A stretch of 64,000 nucleotides of DNA from Podospora anserina (taxonomy: Eukaryota). This document shows positions 60,801 to 64,000 of the stretch, piece after piece (position 1 is the first letter of the stretch; each line of letters starts with the position of its first letter). The translations under genes were made by a program, and so were the position numbers. The DNA lies in contig CM030332.1 of assembly GCA_017654855.1 (NCBI GenBank), positions 2,666,001 through 2,730,000 of the forward strand. Direction: 5' to 3'. The notes under the pieces are model-generated. The model was not told the origin of the DNA. It did not search any database and worked only from the letters and a program-made list of their open reading frames with translations.

Positions 60801-63800
60801 GCCCTCTGTTACAACGCATGAGTCCGTTGAGCCCGTCATTGCCACTCCAGCGGTCGAAGAGGCCATCGTTCTAGCATCTCAACAGTCTACGGCACGCGGA
60901 CTACCATTACTCGAATATGTCCCTGAGCCTATCGAGCCATCGGTTCCAGCAATCCAAGAGGTAACGAAGCCATCCAAAAAGTCCAGGAAGAAGAAGAAGA
61001 AGGGTTCCAAAGCCGGTAGTTCCGAGCCTACTTCTACCATTGCAACGCCTTCCCAGGAATTCAGCAATCCTCTTGAGCCCACAGTCGAAGAGCCCTTTCT
61101 TATGCCCAAGTCACAGGATGAACCCACCGAACCAATGACTGTCAATGAGCCAAAGTCTTTTTTATCCGAGGCAACGGCTGTACCGCTTCCGGAGTCCGAC
61201 ACAGAGGATGAGCCAATCCCCGCTCCTGAGCCAGAGGTCACCAAGCCTTCTCCAGTGATCGAGGAGTTCGATGCTTCTGACGCTGCTCTGTCGGAGCTTC
61301 CGAAGGCTCTCGATGTCGAAGGTGAGCCTGCGACCTTGACAGCCCAGCAACCCAAGGCTTTCGAGGCAGTTGGTATTCCCGAGGAGACCACGCCCATTGT
61401 TAAAGAACCAGCCTCAGAAGCACTTGTTCCTGAGCCATCAACAGACAAGCATTCAGTGGGCGCTGTTGAAATTGAGCCTGCGCAAGAGGTGATTCGGCAA
61501 CAATCCAAAGCTGAACAACTCCCTGTTGCTGCTTCGCAGCCCGAGGTGATTGATGGACCAGTTTTGGAGAAGCAAACCATTGAGGCAAACGCTCTTGTTG
61601 TCGACCCCGTTCAAGAGCTGAGTCAAGATCGCTCATTGGAAATTTCAAACAACACTCCTTCTTCACCCACACTCGACCTGGAAGTTGAGATGCAGACGGA
61701 AACTTTGCCTGACGTTGAACCACCTACCGTCGCCGCTTCTCCGGCCGAGTCTATCGAGCTGGTTCCGCTTGCCCCTGAGGAGCTTGTTCAAGAACCCAGT
61801 CAAGACCATTCTTTGGACATTTCCCAGACTTCTGAAATCGAGGATGCCCCCCTTGCTGTTCCTCAACCTGATACTACTGAGGAGCAAGCCAGTCCTGTCG
61901 TCGAAGAGATCGTTAATTTGCCAACTCAGCTTGGGGTTGCGATATCTTCTCGCAGCATTCCACAGACCGAGCAAGAGGTCGAGGTTCCTGCCGTGGCTGA
62001 GCCTACTCTTATCGAGGATCCTCTTGAGACATCTGACAAGGCCGAGATCGCCCCTTCCATCGACTCTCCCGTCTCGATTGAGGAGCAGTCTATTCCGCCT
62101 GAGACAGCTGAGCGCAGCGTTGCTCTTTCAGAAGAACCGATCACCGAATTCAGGCAAATTTCAGCCGAGCAGCAAGATGAAGTCTTCGTGCTCCCTGTCG
62201 TCGAGTCCAAGAAGCAAAAGAGAAAGAAGAATAAGAAGAAGGGCAAGAAAATCGAGGTTGAGAAACAGCCTGAGTCTTCTTCTGAGGTCACGCCTGCTCC
62301 TGGGCCCTCTTCTGGGACTACACTGGAGCGTGCTCTAGAGCCTACTTCTGATCTTGTCATTGCTCCAGCTGCGGAGTCCACCCCTGAGATTTCTGTTCAG
62401 CTTGTCAAGGACCCTTTCGACGACCCTGTCCAAGAGCCTACCACAGCCCTCGAGGTCGCTCCTGTCCACTCGACTAGAGAAGCTGAAGTCGCTGAAAAGC
62501 CAATCGATCGCCAGCTTCCTGTTGAAGAGCCACTTATTCAGCAACCCGAGTCTAAAGTTGGAGACTTTGGTGATGAAGAATTCTTCCCCTTGCCAACAAA
62601 AAAGTCAAAGAAGAACAAGAAGGGAAAGAATGTCCCCGCGGTGATCGACGATCATGACGGCGGCTCTGGTGTCACTACGCCGCTGATCATCGAGGAGCAG
62701 AAGCATGCACTTTTTGCTGCTCCTGAAGCTCACACTCCTCTAGTTGAAAAGGCGTCAAATGGTTCTCCAGATGAGGCAATTCTTGTGGAGGAACGCGGCT
62801 CTGCTGTTGGTGGTGCTTCGATTGAGGAATCTCCGGTTCCTGAAGAGACGCCAGTCACCGAGACACCTACCGTGGAAGTTTCGGTTGTTGAGACTTCTGA
62901 CGAGGAGACACCCTCTGTCGAAGACGCTCCAATCGTTGAAGTTGAAATTCTAGACGCCGAGACGGCTCCTGTGGTGGAGGTGGACGTTGTCGAGGAGATT
63001 CCCACTGTGGAGCAGGAGCCTGTGTATACAGAGGTTCAAGAGCCTATTGTTATCAACATGGAGGAAGAGCCCATCACCATCGCTTTGCCCAAGCCTATCA
63101 GCAGACCACAGACACCCGACATGCTCACTCGCGAGGCTGAGGTGACGCCTCTTCCTCCCAGCAGACCACAGACTCCCGTTCTTGAGAAGGTGGCTGTTCC
63201 TTTGCCCTCAACTCCCGCCAGTCAACAACAGGCCGGCAATCATACCGTTGTAACTCCCGCGCCTGTCACTAGAGACTTGGGCTTGCTTCCTGAGATCTCT
63301 TTACTTCCGCCAATTAGCCTTGAGAGAACACCCCCGCGGAGTGTCAAAGAGCAAGTCGATCTCACTCCCGCTCAAGAAAGCAGCCACATTTCGCATGATC
63401 CACCGTTCGAGTACGAAGGACGGCGCAAAAAGGTCAAGACAGTGGAGGCAGAGCAAGTTGAACTTGATGAGCCTGCTGAACCCGCCGGTGCTGAGGTTGA
63501 TGAGAGCTCTAACAAGGGGAAGAACAAGGAGGAGGCTGTTGTTGCGGCGACCGCACTTGCAGGTGGCGTTTCGTTGTTCGACAAGTTAAAGGAGAAGGAG
63601 AAGGAGGAGTGGAGAGTGATGGGGGATGCAAATATCAGTGTGTTGACTTCAGGTTGGGACGATATGGGGTCTGTGCTGGGTGGTGCACCGGTTTATGAGG
63701 AGTATGACGAGAAGGGAAAGAAAGTGGTTGGGAGCTTGTACGATGAGGAAGATGAAGATAAAGTTGAAAAGAAGGCAAGGAGATCATGGAAGACTGAGGC

Positions 63801-64000
63801 TGGACTGGGGAGGATGGATTCAGAGACGATTCCCAGGTCAGTTAGGGAGTTGTCCAAGGCGAAGACAGAGGATACATCAGAGAGGGGGAGGAAGATGGAG
63901 CGTGGGAAGAGCTCGCCGTCGCCAGAGCCTGTGCAGCGGTCGTTCTCTTTCCCGGATGATATTGCTGATGAGGAGGCATTCGAGACACGCGATACCACGG
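42842..64000 (+). CDS. lah: Giant Leashin-like Woronin-body tether ('involucrin-repeat' protein), 3'-partial. Exons 42842-44691, 44790-56308 (contains TAA 51475-51477, possibly removed by intron 51434-51481), 56385-56579, 56635-57564, 57644->64000
   Basis: Four GT-AG introns with branch sites join the ORFs in frame. The last exon has no reported stop in frame to the window end. Motif islands I associate with Leashin: TDEEIIAIGRKLSDLAR, VDPAMFGPVNSLRG, DPFQFQV, MPGSFEEDLDF..AAGL..SGFDPNIVI, DPQFGDLLPLPPS, RPTSWD, RSFSFPDDIADEE. Also acidic Pro/Glu-rich repeats and poly-Lys stretches. Identity is by recall, not search. Confidence 0.8.
48538..53300 (+). repeat. Degenerate coding repeat array, consensus about LPALPES-x-P-x-SP, dozens of copies
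   Basis: Visible in translation: LPALPESLPNSP, LPALPDSAPASP, LPALPDSEPATP, LPALPESRQDSP, LPALPESQPMSP and many others. Confidence 0.92.
58870..59900 (+). repeat. Second coding repeat family (D/E-x-x-x-A-x-x-x-PLP-E), about 8 copies
   Basis: DELTEAMSIPLP, DEFAEAISIPLP, DELAEALTTPLP, DIWAEALTVPLP, ELAFAAEIALP, DLVWATETPLP, FALAAATPLP, DLALATETPFP. Confidence 0.8.
60709..60800 (+). repeat. 15-nt tandem minisatellite encoding EEPTI
   Basis: gagccgacaattgag / gagccgacaatcgag / gagccgacaattgag plus degenerate copies. Confidence 0.85.

Noticed and set aside
1-64000. tRNA, rRNA, CRISPR arrays, intact mobile elements
   Set aside because: None recognised by eye; a covariance-model scan would be needed to exclude small RNAs.

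Overview
Gene-dense, intron-containing fungal DNA, most consistent with a Sordariales ascomycete (Podospora-like; inferred from intron signals, gene set and composition). Genes in order: condensin kleisin Brn1/Cnd2 (partial), CCX-type cation/Ca2+ exchanger, phosphomannomutase, a WW + PhoD-like protein, a frameshifted pseudogene, an FMP42-like MFS transporter, divergent HOS2 and YNG2, UGP1, a DUF3605/Gig1-like protein, a stand-alone dihydroneopterin aldolase-like gene, a C2H2 protein and a GH7 cellulase without CBM1. From 42.8 kb to the window end lies a giant gene (about 6,900 codons in the window), most likely the Woronin-body tether Leashin. The most notable signal is a lone in-frame TAA inside Leashin's LPALPES repeat array. 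It lies within a 48-nt segment with intron signals (GTAAGT...CTTAAC...TAG) that still reads as protein repeat, suggesting recent intronization or a tether-length splice switch. Leashin also shows possible alternative 3' ends. The PhoD-like protein appears to have lost metal ligands. All family names come from motif recognition; no database search was run.
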